Positions 49,466 to 59,545 of a stretch of 64,000 bases of DNA are shown here, in pieces (within the stretch, counting starts at the first letter, position 1; every line of letters begins with the position of its first letter). Position numbers and translations under genes: made by a program. The stretch is taken from assembly GCA_963668445.1 (NCBI GenBank), contig OY764335.1:1022083-1086082 (forward strand), read 5' to 3'. Under the pieces are notes generated by a model, which was not told the DNA's origin, did not search any database, and saw only the letters and a list, made by a program, of their open reading frames with translations. Source of the stretch: an uncultured candidatus Porisulfidus sp. Lineage in GTDB: Bacteria > Pseudomonadota > Gammaproteobacteria > Poriferisulfidales > Poriferisulfidaceae.

Positions 49466-50725
49466 TCAGCTGCCTTCGTATACGGGATGGCGCCGGCAGA
49501 TTTCCAGTACGGCCTCGCGCACCCGATTCACGACCGCTTCGTCATCCATCGCATCGATAATGTCGCACATCCAGCCGGCCAGCGTACGGCAGTCGTCTTC
49601 GACGAAGCCGCGCGTCGTCACCGCCGGCGTGCCGACCCGGATACCGCTGGTCACGAACGGCGAGTTCGGATCGTTGGGTACGGTATTCTTGTTCACCGTG
49701 ATGTTGGCCCGTCCCAGTGCGGCATCCACATCCTTGCCGGTGTAGCCCTGCTCAATGAAATCGACCAGAAACAGATGGTCGTCGGTGCCACCGGATACGA
49801 CCTTGTACTGCCGCTCCATGAAGACTTGCACCATCACCTTGGCATTCGCCAGCACCTGGAGCTGATAATCCTTGAATTCCGGCCGGGCCGCTTCGCGGAA
49901 GGCCACGGCCTTCGCGGCAATGACATGCATCAGCGGACCGCCCTGCATGCCCGGAAACACCATGGAATTGATCTTCTTCGTCACTTCCTCGTTTTCGCGG
50001 GCGATGACGAAGCCGCTACGCGGGCCGCGCAGGGTCTTGTGGGTCGTGGACGTCACCACATCGGCGATGGCCACCGGGCTGGAGTACAGCCCTGCCGCGA
50101 TGAGCCCCGACACATGCGCCATGTCCACCATCAGCAAAGCCCCAACCGAATCGCAGATGTCGCGGAAGCGCTGCCAGTCCATCACGCGCGAATAGGCGGA
50201 GAATCCCGCCACGATCATTTTCGGGCGATGCTCGTCCGCCAGTTGCGCGACCTGTTCGTAATCGACCTCGCCCGTCTCCGGATCGAGTCCGTACTGCACC
50301 GCGTTGTAGATCTTGCCGGAAAAATTGACGGAAGCCCCGTGCGTCAAGTGTCCGCCGTGCGCCAAGCTCATGCCCAGAATGGTGTCGCCGGGCTTGAGCA
50401 GTGCGCCATAGACGGCCGCATTCGCCTGCGAGCCCGAATGCGGCTGCACATTGGCGTAATCGGCCCCGTACAAGGCGCAGGCCCGGTCGATCGCCAACTG
50501 CTCCACGACATCCACATGCTCGCAACCGCCGTAATAGCGCTTGGCCGGATAGCCTTCGGCGTATTTGTTGGTCAGCACCGAACCCTGGGCCTCCAGCACG
50601 CGCGGGCTGGTGTAGTTCTCCGAGGCAATCAGTTCAATGTGCTCTTCTTGGCGTCGGCGCTCATCGGCAATGGCGGCGGCCACCTCCGGGTCGAATCCGG
50701 CGATGGTCATATTCTTTTCGAACAT
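49466..50725 (-). CDS. glyA: Serine hydroxymethyltransferase
   Basis: [31 protein letters not shown]. Confidence 0.98.
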   Translation of the reverse strand: MFEKNMTIAGFDPEVAAAIADERRRQEEHIELIASENYTSPRVLEAQGSVLTNKYAEGYPAKRYYGGCEHVDVVEQLAIDRACALYGADYANVQPHSGSQANAAVYGALLKPGDTILGMSLAHGGHLTHGASVNFSGKIYNAVQYGLDPETGEVDYEQVAQLADEHRPKMIVAGFSAYSRVMDWQRFRDICDSVGALLMVDMAHVSGLIAAGLYSSPVAIADVVTSTTHKTLRGPRSGFVIARENEEVTKKINSMVFPGMQGGPLMHVIAAKAVAFREAARPEFKDYQLQVLANAKVMVQVFMERQYKVVSGGTDDHLFLVDFIEQGYTGKDVDAALGRANITVNKNTVPNDPNSPFVTSGIRVGTPAVTTRGFVEDDCRTLAGWMCDIIDAMDDEAVVNRVREAVLEICRRHPVYEGS

Positions 50726-50760
50726 GGAGCAATCCTGGCAATCGATGAATCAAGACGCCC

Positions 50761-50766
50761 ATTATA
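50761..50766 (-). promoter_or_regulatory. -10 element upstream of glyA
   Basis: GCGTTATAAT on the minus strand, 35 nt from the ATG; same GCGTTATAAT context as the ssrA promoter. Confidence 0.5.
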
Positions 50767-50921
50767 ACGCCCGCAGTCCGAGGTCGGGCTCCCAGATACG
50801 AGCCATGGCCTCTGCGTGTCGATTCTCGCACAAGATAGGCGAGGCCGACCGTCTTATGGAGGCACGGGTTCGAGCGGTCCGAGAGCCCGTCCGGCGAATC
50901 AGCGCGAATCGGCGGCTTGGC

Positions 50922-51299
50922 CTATTGCCGCTCCGCCAATGCCAGCAGCATCTTCGGCAGTTGCGGTTCCATTCCCAGATACGGACGCACATTGATCCGA
51001 ACTTCCGGATGGCGCTCACGCGCCTTCGCGACGATCGCCGGAATATCGTCGCGGACATGCTTCCCTGCCGCCAGAAAATACGGCAAGACATCCAATCGCT
51101 CGGCTCCTTGCGCAACGCATGCGTCGATGCCCGCCGGAATGTCGGGTTCCGCAATCTCCAGAAAGGCGTGCGCAATGATCGCGTAACGGTCGCCGGCCTC
51201 CTGCCGCAGGCGCTGCGCCAATCGGGCGACCTCCGCATTGGCATCGGGCAGACGCGAACCATGCGCAACCAGCAGCAAGGCGCACGGGCCGCCGCTCAC
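50922..51299 (-). CDS. Short CbiX/SirB-type (CbiX-S-like) class II chelatase, 125 aa
   Basis: LVAHGSR, AFLEIAEP, LPYFLAAGKHVRDDIP; GTGA overlap with kdsB stop. Confidence 0.85.
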   Translation of the reverse strand: MSGGPCALLLVAHGSRLPDANAEVARLAQRLRQEAGDRYAIIAHAFLEIAEPDIPAGIDACVAQGAERLDVLPYFLAAGKHVRDDIPAIVAKARERHPEVRINVRPYLGMEPQLPKMLLALAERQ

Positions 51300-52024
51300 G
51301 ACTCCGCCTCCGCTGCGGCGCGCACCCGCGCCAAATCTTCCGGCGTATCCACGCCGCCCGGCGTGCCTGCGGCGATCTCCGCCACATGGATGCGGAGCCC
51401 ATGGTGCAGCAGGCGCCACTGCTCCAGGGATTCGCGCTGCTCCAGCGGCGCGGCCGGCAAGCTTGCGTACTGCCTCAGCCCGGCGCCTCGGTACGCATAA
51501 ATGCCCAGATGGCGTCGGCAGTCCTGTTCCGGCACGCCCTGCGGCCGGCGCCCGAAGCCAAGGGCGTAATCGTGTTCGTCGCGCCACACCTTGACGACAT
51601 GAGCGCGGCTCCAGTCGCCTTTCGCGAGCGGCTCGCACAGGGTCGCCGCGAAAGCCTCATGCCGTGCGGCAAGATTGGCCGCCACTTGGGCCATGAGCGC
51701 AGGCGGCAGCAGCGGCTCGTCCGCTTGGACGTTGACCACGACCGCATCCTCGTCCCAGCCGGTACGCTCCACCAGTTCGGCCAGCCGCGCCGTGCCATTC
51801 GGATGGTCGACCCGCGTTCGCCAGACCGGTGCCGCGAACGACCGGGCACAAGCTTCCACATCCGGGTCGCCGGCCGCGATGGCCACGGCCGCGGCGCCGC
51901 TTTCGCGGGCATGCTCATAAACCCATTGCAGCATCGGCCGTCCTGAGATCTCAAGCAACGGCTTGTTCGGCAGACGCGTGGAAGCGCAGCGGGCTGGAAT
52001 CGCCACGTAGAACGGCGCGTTCAT
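51296..52024 (-). CDS. kdsB: CMP-Kdo synthetase
   Basis: [38 protein letters not shown]. Confidence 0.9.
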   Translation of the reverse strand: MNAPFYVAIPARCASTRLPNKPLLEISGRPMLQWVYEHARESGAAAVAIAAGDPDVEACARSFAAPVWRTRVDHPNGTARLAELVERTGWDEDAVVVNVQADEPLLPPALMAQVAANLAARHEAFAATLCEPLAKGDWSRAHVVKVWRDEHDYALGFGRRPQGVPEQDCRRHLGIYAYRGAGLRQYASLPAAPLEQRESLEQWRLLHHGLRIHVAEIAAGTPGGVDTPEDLARVRAAAEAES

Positions 52025-52218
52025 GTGCGCTGGCGGTGCGCCTGGTATTCTTCGTCCGTCAATTCGCGGGCTTCGTCCTCCAGCAGGACGGGAATCTCGT
52101 CGCGAATGGGGTAGGCCAGCCGAGCCGATAGCGACACCAGTTCCTGATGCTCGCGGTCGTAGATCAGCGGGCCTTTGGTCACCGGGCAGACCAGAATGCT
52201 CAATAGTTCAGGTTCCAT
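52021..52218 (-). CDS. ycaR: Trm112/YcaR family protein
   Basis: [25 protein letters not shown]; usual position between lpxK and kdsB. Confidence 0.9.
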   Translation of the reverse strand: MEPELLSILVCPVTKGPLIYDREHQELVSLSARLAYPIRDEIPVLLEDEARELTDEEYQAHRQRT

Positions 52219-55036
52219 GCGTGGCTCCGTAAGCGTCGATCGTGCGTCGCAGGCTCTGGACGAGTTGTTCGGAAACCTCACGCGCCAGCACCACTTCGAC
52301 TTCCAAAGAATACCACCGATTGCGGGCGAAGCGTTCGCACTTCACCGCATCCTTAGGCGTCATGACGACGGCATGGCCGTCCTCAAAGTCCACATCCTCC
52401 AGCCGAAAGCGGTAGTGGTCCTCGTACACATGCGGAATGACATCGATGCCGGCCGCGGACAGCGATTCGAGGAAGCGGCGCGGATTGCCGACGCCGCAGA
52501 CGGCGTGCACGGTCTGGCCGGCCAGTTTCTCCAAAGGCTGGGTCGAGCCATCAACGAGGGTGCGCAAGTGCAGCGCCTGCAAATCGAAGCGATGCTCGCC
52601 GGCCTGCGGCAGGCCGCCGTGCACCAGCGTCCAGTCGGCGCGGCGCGCATAGCGCAGCGGCTCGCGCAGCGGCCCGGCAGGCAGGCAGCGCCGGTTGCCG
52701 TAGCGGCGGGCGCCATCCACCACCAGAATCTCCAACTGCCGCGGCAATGCCAGATGCTGCAATCCATCGTCGGCCAACACGATGTCCACGGCATGCGCTG
52801 CGCAAAGCGCCTGCGCCGCCGCCCGCCGCTGCGGTCCGGCGAATACCGGGCACTGCGTTTGGGCCGCCATCATGACGGCCTCCTCCCCGACCTCGTCCGG
52901 GTCCATGCTAGGCGTCACCTCCCGCGGCCAAGCCTCGCTGACCCCCTTGTAGCCCCGGCAAACGATGCCGGGAGCCACGCCATGCGTCTGCAGCTGGCGC
53001 GCCAGCCAGATCACCAGCGGGGTCTTGCCGGTGCCTCCGACGCTCAGATTGCCGACTACCGCCACCGGAACCGGCAGCGGTGAGGCGCGCCACAGCCAGC
53101 GGTACCAGCCGCGCCGCAGCAAGGCGCCGGCGGCGTACAGCCAACCCAGCGGCACCAGCGGCCATAGCCAGCGACCGTCTCTGTACCAGACGAATTCGGC
53201 ATAACGGGTGAAGATGGACTGGTGCACGGTGCGCTCGCCTTCCAGCAGCATGCCGCGGCGTGGAGCGGCCGGCGGAACATCGTCCGGCGGCGCCTGGAAC
53301 TGGTGCCGGTACAGATCGGCGTACGTCTGCCCGTGCGCCAGCAGCTCCTGATGCGTGCCCTGCTCCGTCACTTGACCGCGCTCCATCACCACGATCCGAT
53401 CGGCGCGTTCGACCGTCGACAGGCGGTGCGCAATGATCAAAGTGGTGGAGAAGCTCATCACCTCGTTGAGCGCCTCCTGCACGTAGCGTTCGGAAGTGCT
53501 GTCCAGCGACGAGGTCGCTTCGTCCAGTATCAGGATCGGCGCATGCTTGTAGAGGGCCCGGGCCAAGGCCAGCCGCTGCCGCTGGCCTCCGGACAACTGC
53601 ACGCCGTCCTCGCCAATGACCGTTTCCAGCCCTTGCGGCAGACGGTCGACGAACTCGTCGACATGGGCGCAGCGCAGCGCCCGGTCCAAATCGTGCGTGC
53701 GGTCCGGGCTGACGCCGTACGTAATGTTGTTGCGCACCGTATCGTTGAACAACACCACGTTCTGCCCGACATAGCTGATCATGCCGCGCAAATCGGACAG
53801 CTGCAACTGCTCTACGGGAATGCCATCGATCCGGATTTCGCCGTGGCTCGGCGCATAGAAGCGCGGCAGCAGATTGGCCAGCGTCGATTTGCCCGCGCCC
53901 GAACGGCCGACCAGCGCGACCGTCTCTCCTCTGCGGATGGTCAGCGAAATTTCATGCAGCGCATCGCGCTCGGCATTCTGATAGCGCACGCTGACTCCGT
54001 CGTATTCGATCCGATCCGTCAATTCCTGCTTGGCGACCTCGCCGCGGTCCGCCTCCACCGGCGCATCCAGAAGCTGGAAAACCTGCTGCCCGGCCGCGAT
54101 GCTTTGCTGCAGGCGGGTGTTGACCTGCACCAGATTGCGGGCCGGGCCCAGCAGCATCAGCATGGCGAACATGAACGACACGAAACCGCCGACCGTGATG
54201 GTCTCCAACACGCCTTCCAGCGTCACCAGATAAATGATGGCGGCCCACGCAATGCCCACCATCAGCATGATGACCGAGGAAATCAGGGCTGTGGCCTGCG
54301 CCGTGCGCACCTGCCGGATGCGGTAATGCTCGGTCGTGGCGTCGAAGCGCGTCCGCTCCATCTTCTCGGCCTGGAAGACCTTGACGATGCGGTAGCCCTG
54401 CAGCGCCTCCTGCACATCGCGCACGGTGCCGCTCATCGCTTCCATGGCGCGATGGCTAAGCTTCCGGACGCGCCGGTTCGTACTAGGAATCCACCAGGCG
54501 AAGATGGGCGCGGCCGCCAGAAACGCGACCGTCAGCATCCAGCTGACGTACAGCATCCAGCCGAGCAGGCCCAGCACCGTCAGCGTGTCCCGTACCAAGA
54601 TGGTCAACCCCTTGGAAGCCGCGCCCGCCACGCCCTCGACATGGTTCGTGATGCGGGCCAGCATGTCGGCGGATGCCGTATGGTCGTGCGCTTCGGCCGG
54701 GAAGTCCAGCAGGCGGGCGAACATCTGGCGGCGCAGATCACGGACCAGCCGCGAGCCGATCTGCGCCATGCCGGACGCGCTCAGGTAGGAGCCGATCGAC
54801 CGCAAGGCGAAAATGCCGACCAGCGCCAGCGGCACCCACTCGATGACCTCCGGCTGCTGCGCCACAATGGCACCGTCCAAAATCGGCTTCATCAGGGCCG
54901 ACAAGCCCGGCCCGCTTGCCGCCACCATGACCATGCCCAGAACCGCATAGCCCAAAGTCGCCGCTTGGCCGTCCAAGGCCAGACGCAACAGTTGCCGATA
55001 GATATCGACGCCGGTGCGGTGCGGAACCTGGTTCAT
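52208..55036 (-). CDS. msbA-lpxK: Fused lipid A flippase MsbA (about aa 1-580) and tetraacyldisaccharide 4'-kinase LpxK (about aa 610-942)
   Basis: One 942-aa ORF: [34 protein letters not shown], then [35 protein letters not shown]. Confidence 0.9.
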   Translation of the reverse strand: MNQVPHRTGVDIYRQLLRLALDGQAATLGYAVLGMVMVAASGPGLSALMKPILDGAIVAQQPEVIEWVPLALVGIFALRSIGSYLSASGMAQIGSRLVRDLRRQMFARLLDFPAEAHDHTASADMLARITNHVEGVAGAASKGLTILVRDTLTVLGLLGWMLYVSWMLTVAFLAAAPIFAWWIPSTNRRVRKLSHRAMEAMSGTVRDVQEALQGYRIVKVFQAEKMERTRFDATTEHYRIRQVRTAQATALISSVIMLMVGIAWAAIIYLVTLEGVLETITVGGFVSFMFAMLMLLGPARNLVQVNTRLQQSIAAGQQVFQLLDAPVEADRGEVAKQELTDRIEYDGVSVRYQNAERDALHEISLTIRRGETVALVGRSGAGKSTLANLLPRFYAPSHGEIRIDGIPVEQLQLSDLRGMISYVGQNVVLFNDTVRNNITYGVSPDRTHDLDRALRCAHVDEFVDRLPQGLETVIGEDGVQLSGGQRQRLALARALYKHAPILILDEATSSLDSTSERYVQEALNEVMSFSTTLIIAHRLSTVERADRIVVMERGQVTEQGTHQELLAHGQTYADLYRHQFQAPPDDVPPAAPRRGMLLEGERTVHQSIFTRYAEFVWYRDGRWLWPLVPLGWLYAAGALLRRGWYRWLWRASPLPVPVAVVGNLSVGGTGKTPLVIWLARQLQTHGVAPGIVCRGYKGVSEAWPREVTPSMDPDEVGEEAVMMAAQTQCPVFAGPQRRAAAQALCAAHAVDIVLADDGLQHLALPRQLEILVVDGARRYGNRRCLPAGPLREPLRYARRADWTLVHGGLPQAGEHRFDLQALHLRTLVDGSTQPLEKLAGQTVHAVCGVGNPRRFLESLSAAGIDVIPHVYEDHYRFRLEDVDFEDGHAVVMTPKDAVKCERFARNRWYSLEVEVVLAREVSEQLVQSLRRTIDAYGATHGT

Positions 55037-55182
55037 GGCCGGCGCTTACCTTTGCGAGGCTGTGCCGGCATGACTCGCGCCGAGATGAAAAGCCACAGGA
55101 TTCGTGCCATCACCCGTCCCCGGTCTGCGCCGGCACCAACAATTGGCGGCCGGGATTTGAAGCGCAGAAACGGGTTCAACGG

Positions 55183-55194
55183 ACAATATATTGT
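55183..55194. promoter_or_regulatory. Perfect palindrome ACAATATATTGT (NrdR-box-like core) in a divergent intergenic region
   Basis: 12-bp palindrome 29 nt upstream of the DUF2062 ATG. Confidence 0.45.
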
Positions 55195-55223
55195 AGAGTA
55201 TCGCTTTGGCCGGGAGATATTCC

Positions 55224-55754
55224 ATGCCACGCAAACTACTGGAAAGGCTGGTGCCGCACCGTCGCGTGCGCGAACACCCCTCGCTGCGCCTGTTCGGCAC
55301 GGCGGCCCTGCATTCGAACCTGTGGCACTTGAATCGGCGTTCGGTGGCCCGCGCCTTTGCCATCGGACTGTTCTGTGCCTTGCTGCCCATTCCCGGACAA
55401 ATGCTCGTCGCGGCCGGCCTCGCCATCCTGTTCGCGTCCAACCTGCCGATCGCAGTGATGCTCGTCTGGGTCACCAACCCCCTGACGATTCCGCCGATCT
55501 TCCTGACATGCTATATGGTAGGTCGATGGATTCTTGGGAGTCCTATACAACCATTTGATTTTAAATGGAGTTTTGAGTGGATTCTTGATCTTCCGGCCAT
55601 TGCTTTGCCGTTGCTCACCGGCTCGTTCGTATGCGGCATCGTGGCCGCTTTCATCGGCTATGTAAGTGCTTCGTCATTCTGGCGCTGGTACGTCGTGCGC
55701 GTCTGGCGGACCCGGCACAAGGACCGCATCAAGCACGCGCTGCACCTGGACTAG
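55224..55754 (+). CDS. DUF2062 membrane protein
   Basis: LWHLNRRSVARAFAIGLF, WVTNPLTIPP, PLLTGS. Confidence 0.88.
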   Translation: MPRKLLERLVPHRRVREHPSLRLFGTAALHSNLWHLNRRSVARAFAIGLFCALLPIPGQMLVAAGLAILFASNLPIAVMLVWVTNPLTIPPIFLTCYMVGRWILGSPIQPFDFKWSFEWILDLPAIALPLLTGSFVCGIVAAFIGYVSASSFWRWYVVRVWRTRHKDRIKHALHLD

Positions 55755-55762
55755 CCGCCGCC

Positions 55763-56410
55763 ATGGCTACCCGGCAAAGCGGCGTGCATGTCGCACCCGG
55801 CCCCGCTTCGCCGTCCCGCCGCCGCCTGCTACGACTGGCGCGAACTTTGCGCCAGTGCCAGACATGCGCGGATGCCTTCCAAGCGCTTGGGCACGCTCCG
55901 CGCCCGGTGGCAAGGCTGTCGGAAACCGCCCGCATCTGCGTGTGCGGCCAAGCGCCGGGCACCCGTGTGCACCGCAGCGGCCTCCCTTTCGACGACGCTT
56001 CCGGCAAGCGCCTTCGCGACTGGATGGGCGTCAGCGCGGAGGAATTCTACGACGGCCGGCGCATAGCCACCGTGCCGATGGCCTTCTGCTTCCCCGGGCA
56101 GGATGCCCGCGGCGGGGATTTGCCGCCGCCCGCCGCCTGCAGCCGCCAATGGCACGCCCGGCTGTTCGGTGCCATGCCGCAGTTCGAACTGCTGCTGCTG
56201 ATCGGCTATCACGCGCAACGCTGGCACTTGCAGGAGCAGTGCCGCAAAACCCTCACCGAAAATGTGGGGGCCTGGCAAGCGCTCCTGCCTGCCGGCAAAA
56301 TCCCCTTGCCGCATCCGTCGTGGCGCAATAACGGCTGGATGAAGCGCCACGCATGGTTTGAAGACGAACTCCTGCCGGTGCTAAAGCGCGAAATCCGTGC
56401 CCGCCTATAG
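55763..56410 (+). CDS. Uracil-DNA-glycosylase-superfamily protein (uncharacterised UDG-like subgroup)
   Basis: CQTC, GQAPGTRVH.SGLPFDDASGKRLRDW, MAFCFPG..GGDLPP, LPHPSWRN. Confidence 0.82.
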   Translation: MATRQSGVHVAPGPASPSRRRLLRLARTLRQCQTCADAFQALGHAPRPVARLSETARICVCGQAPGTRVHRSGLPFDDASGKRLRDWMGVSAEEFYDGRRIATVPMAFCFPGQDARGGDLPPPAACSRQWHARLFGAMPQFELLLLIGYHAQRWHLQEQCRKTLTENVGAWQALLPAGKIPLPHPSWRNNGWMKRHAWFEDELLPVLKREIRARL

Positions 56411-56428
56411 CAGGCGGGAACTCCCGAA

Positions 56429-57109
56429 TCACCATTCGCGAACCGCTTGCCCTTCCTGCAGACGATAGCCGGTCTGCATGGCCTTCGCCAAAGCCTCATC
56501 GTGGGTGACCAGCACTAGGGCCGCCTGGTGCTCGGCGTTCAGTTCCAGCATCAGTTCAAACACGCTGTGCGCGGTGCGGGGGTCCAGATTGCCGGTCGGC
56601 TCGTCCGCCAGCACCACGTCCGGCTGCATGATCAAAGCGCGGCAGACGGCCACCCTTTGGCGTTCGCCCCCCGACAATTCCCCCGGCCGATGCTCCAGAC
56701 GCTCGCTCAACCCGACCCGCTCCAGCAAACGGACCGCCCGCTTCCAGGCTTCCCTTTCCCCGGCAATCAGGCACGGCATGGCGACGTTTTCCACAGCGGT
56801 GAATTCCGGCAGCAAGTGATGCATCTGATAGACGAACCCGAGACGGCGATTGCGCAGGCGGGCCGTCCTGGCATCGTCCAAGGCATCCAGACGCTGCCCG
56901 GCCAGTTCAATGAAGCCGTCGTCCGGCTGGTCCAAGCCTGCCAGCAGGTGCAGCAAGGTGCTTTTGCCGCTGCCGGAAGCGCCAACGACGGCCGCACTTT
57001 CGCCAGGCTGGACATCAAGATCCAGATGCCGTAGCACCTCGACGCGCAATTCGCCGCGTCCGAACGATTTCCCCAAACCGCGGCAACTCAGCGCATACCG
57101 GCTATTCAT
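56429..57109 (-). CDS. lolD: Lipoprotein-releasing ABC ATPase
   Basis: GASGSGKSTLLH, GFVYQMHHLL, LSGGERQR, LADEPTGNLD. Confidence 0.93.
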   Translation of the reverse strand: MNSRYALSCRGLGKSFGRGELRVEVLRHLDLDVQPGESAAVVGASGSGKSTLLHLLAGLDQPDDGFIELAGQRLDALDDARTARLRNRRLGFVYQMHHLLPEFTAVENVAMPCLIAGEREAWKRAVRLLERVGLSERLEHRPGELSGGERQRVAVCRALIMQPDVVLADEPTGNLDPRTAHSVFELMLELNAEHQAALVLVTHDEALAKAMQTGYRLQEGQAVREW

Positions 57110-58349
57110 ACCGCAACACCTCCGCCGGCATGACCTTCAGAGCCTTGCGGGCGGGATAGAGGGCAGCAATCACCGCAAGCAGCAGCGACGCGCCCGCCGC
57201 GACCCCCGCATCCCCCCATGAAAGCTGCGAAGGAATCTCGCTAATGTAATAAACTTCTGGCGAGAAGACTTTGAAATTGAACAAAGTTTCTATGGCTCCC
57301 ACCACAATCTGAAGATTCAGCGACAGTGCCACGCCGCCGGCCACGCCCAGCACGGTCCCAACCACGCCGATCGCGCTGCCTTGCAGCACGAAGATCCGCA
57401 GGATGCCGCTGCGCGGCATGCCAAGCGTACGTAGCACCGCAATGTCCGAACGCTTCTCCAACACCGTCATCAGCAGCGCCGAAACAATATTGAACGCAGC
57501 CACGAGCACGATGAGCATCAGCAAGAGGAACAGCATGGTCTTTTCCATCTGGATGGCCTGAAAGAAGCCGCGATGCCGATCGGACCAATCCAGAATCCAG
57601 TACGAGCCTTGGAGCTCGTCGCGCAGCAGGTCGGCGACCCACGGCGCCAAAAAAAGATCTCGCGTACGCACTTTCAAGCCGCTGACTTCGTCTTCGAACG
57701 CCAGCGCCTGGGCCGCATCGTGCAAATGCATGAAGGCCAGATTTCGGTCGTAGCGGTGCATGTCGAAGCGGAAGATGCCAGCGACCGTCAGCCGGCGCAT
57801 GCGCGGCAGCATGCCCGCGATCGTACTGGTCGCACGCGGCATGACAAGTGTCACATGGTTGCCGATCTGGACGCCAAGGTGGTTCGCCAACTCCTGTCCG
57901 AGCACGATCTGCCAGCCGCCGGGCTGCAGATCCGTCAATCCGCCCTGCGCCATATGCTGTCCGATGCGGGAGACCTGCAGTTCCCGTTCCGGAAGGATGC
58001 CGCGCAAGCCAATGCCGCTGACGCGGTCGCCGCGAATCAGCATGCCCTGTCCTTCGATGAAAGGAGCGCTCGCGACGACTTCCGCATGCGCGTCCAAGCG
58101 TTCGGCCGTCTCTTCCCAACCCTGCAGCTGTCCGCCCGGTCCGCTGACCGTCAAGTGCGACACCATGCCCAGCAGCCGGTCGCGAATTTCGCCGTGGAAG
58201 CCGTTCATCACGGAAGTGACGGCGATGACGGCGGTCAGGCCGAGCGCGATGCCGAGCATCGAGACCATCGAAATGAAGGAGATGAAGCGATGCCGGTGCC
58301 GGGCCCGCAAATAACGCAGGCCAACAAACCAGGCGATGGGCAGGTTCAT
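57102..58349 (-). CDS. Lipoprotein-releasing ABC permease (single LolC/E, LolF-like)
   Basis: RYLRAR...FISFIS, SVMNGF, MEKTMLFLLL, AAFNIVSALL, YYISEIP, YPARKA. Confidence 0.9.
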   Translation of the reverse strand: MNLPIAWFVGLRYLRARHRHRFISFISMVSMLGIALGLTAVIAVTSVMNGFHGEIRDRLLGMVSHLTVSGPGGQLQGWEETAERLDAHAEVVASAPFIEGQGMLIRGDRVSGIGLRGILPERELQVSRIGQHMAQGGLTDLQPGGWQIVLGQELANHLGVQIGNHVTLVMPRATSTIAGMLPRMRRLTVAGIFRFDMHRYDRNLAFMHLHDAAQALAFEDEVSGLKVRTRDLFLAPWVADLLRDELQGSYWILDWSDRHRGFFQAIQMEKTMLFLLLMLIVLVAAFNIVSALLMTVLEKRSDIAVLRTLGMPRSGILRIFVLQGSAIGVVGTVLGVAGGVALSLNLQIVVGAIETLFNFKVFSPEVYYISEIPSQLSWGDAGVAAGASLLLAVIAALYPARKALKVMPAEVLRYE

Positions 58350-59545
58350 GGTATGTGCCGATCGATCACGACCGCCACCGGCACGTCCGCAGCGACGGCC
58401 ACCGGCCCGGCCATGCCCAGCAGATCGCCGCTTTGAGGCTGCGCTTCGCCGCTGGCACTGAGACGTGCCAGCACATCGACTTCGGCAGCACTCGACAAGT
58501 TCATGCCCGGAGCCATCGCCGAGCGGTCGTCCAGCGTCACGTCCAGCGGCAGGTCGGCCGCCCGGCCGCGCCAAATCGCCAGCGGCATCGGCGGCCCCGC
58601 ATGATGCCGCGCATAAACGAACAGCACCGTCTCCGGGTCGAGGCTCTGCGCCAGTTCCGGATCGAGCGTGACCGACACTTTCAGGGACGGGCCTGCTGCC
58701 GTTGCCGGCGCGGAGGCGTCGGCTTCGCCGTCTGCCTCAGCAATCCAGGATTCGACCATGACACGCACCCCTTCCTCCTCGGGCGGCAGCACCGCGAGCA
58801 GCCGCTCCCAATAGGCCACGGCCGTCTCCGTCTGCTGGCGCTGCCAGGCCGCCCAGCCCGCCAGCCACAAGGCTTTCTGATGATCGGGGTCGAGAGCAAG
58901 CGCCTGCGCCAGATAAGCGACGGCCGTCTCGGAAAACCAATCGCCTTCCGCCATGGCCATGGCATCCGCCAAAGATGCCAGCACCGAGGGATCGGAGCCG
59001 TCGCGCAATTCGTTGGCGCGCGCCCAAGCGGAGGCCGCCTCGTCGCCTCGGCCCTGCATGCGGTAGAAGCGGCCCAAATGCATCCAGGCCCCGACATCGT
59101 CCGGATGTTGCGCGGCGTGCGCGCGCAGCCGCTCATGCAGCATCTCGATTTGAGCGGCTTGGTCCGGTGTGCCGCTACGGCCCGCGAATTGCCGCAAGTC
59201 TTCGGACAGCAGAATGATGTTGCCGCTCAGGACGAGCACGACGGCGACCAGCCCGATCGCCATGCCGCGCCGGTTGAAGGTGGCGCCGTCCGCCGGTGCG
59301 GACAGCGTTTGCGCATCGTCCAGCAGGCCACGGTCCAGTTCATTTTCGGCTTCGCCGTACAACTCCGGTGCCAGCCAGCCGATCTCGACGTCTTCCTGCA
59401 ACTCGTCGCGCCGCATGCGGTACGCATCCTTCAGCAGGTCCGGCATGGGCCGGGCGGGAGGGCGCGCTTGCCGCAGCCACGGGTACAGCACGAAGCCCAA
59501 CGCCACAAGCACCAGAGCCAAGCAGCCGAGCAGGAAGCCCCACAT
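58346..59545 (-). CDS. ccmI: Cytochrome c maturation TPR protein CcmI/CycH
   Basis: N-terminal TM, YRMRRDEL, TPR repeats, C-terminal LFVYAR...MPLA...ARLSASG domain. Confidence 0.88.
   Translation of the reverse strand: MWGFLLGCLALVLVALGFVLYPWLRQARPPARPMPDLLKDAYRMRRDELQEDVEIGWLAPELYGEAENELDRGLLDDAQTLSAPADGATFNRRGMAIGLVAVVLVLSGNIILLSEDLRQFAGRSGTPDQAAQIEMLHERLRAHAAQHPDDVGAWMHLGRFYRMQGRGDEAASAWARANELRDGSDPSVLASLADAMAMAEGDWFSETAVAYLAQALALDPDHQKALWLAGWAAWQRQQTETAVAYWERLLAVLPPEEEGVRVMVESWIAEADGEADASAPATAAGPSLKVSVTLDPELAQSLDPETVLFVYARHHAGPPMPLAIWRGRAADLPLDVTLDDRSAMAPGMNLSSAAEVDVLARLSASGEAQPQSGDLLGMAGPVAVAADVPVAVVIDRHIP

Noticed and set aside
50767-50921. ZTP/glycine riboswitch or tRNA-like RNA (GGGTTCGAG) upstream of glyA
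   Set aside because: The probable -10 is only 35 nt from the ATG, so this region lies outside the leader; no cloverleaf, CCA end or riboswitch core could be built.
50922-51299. F430 nickel chelatase implying methane metabolism alongside the H4MPT genes
   Set aside because: No mcr or cfb genes; short CbiX proteins are widespread in bacteria.
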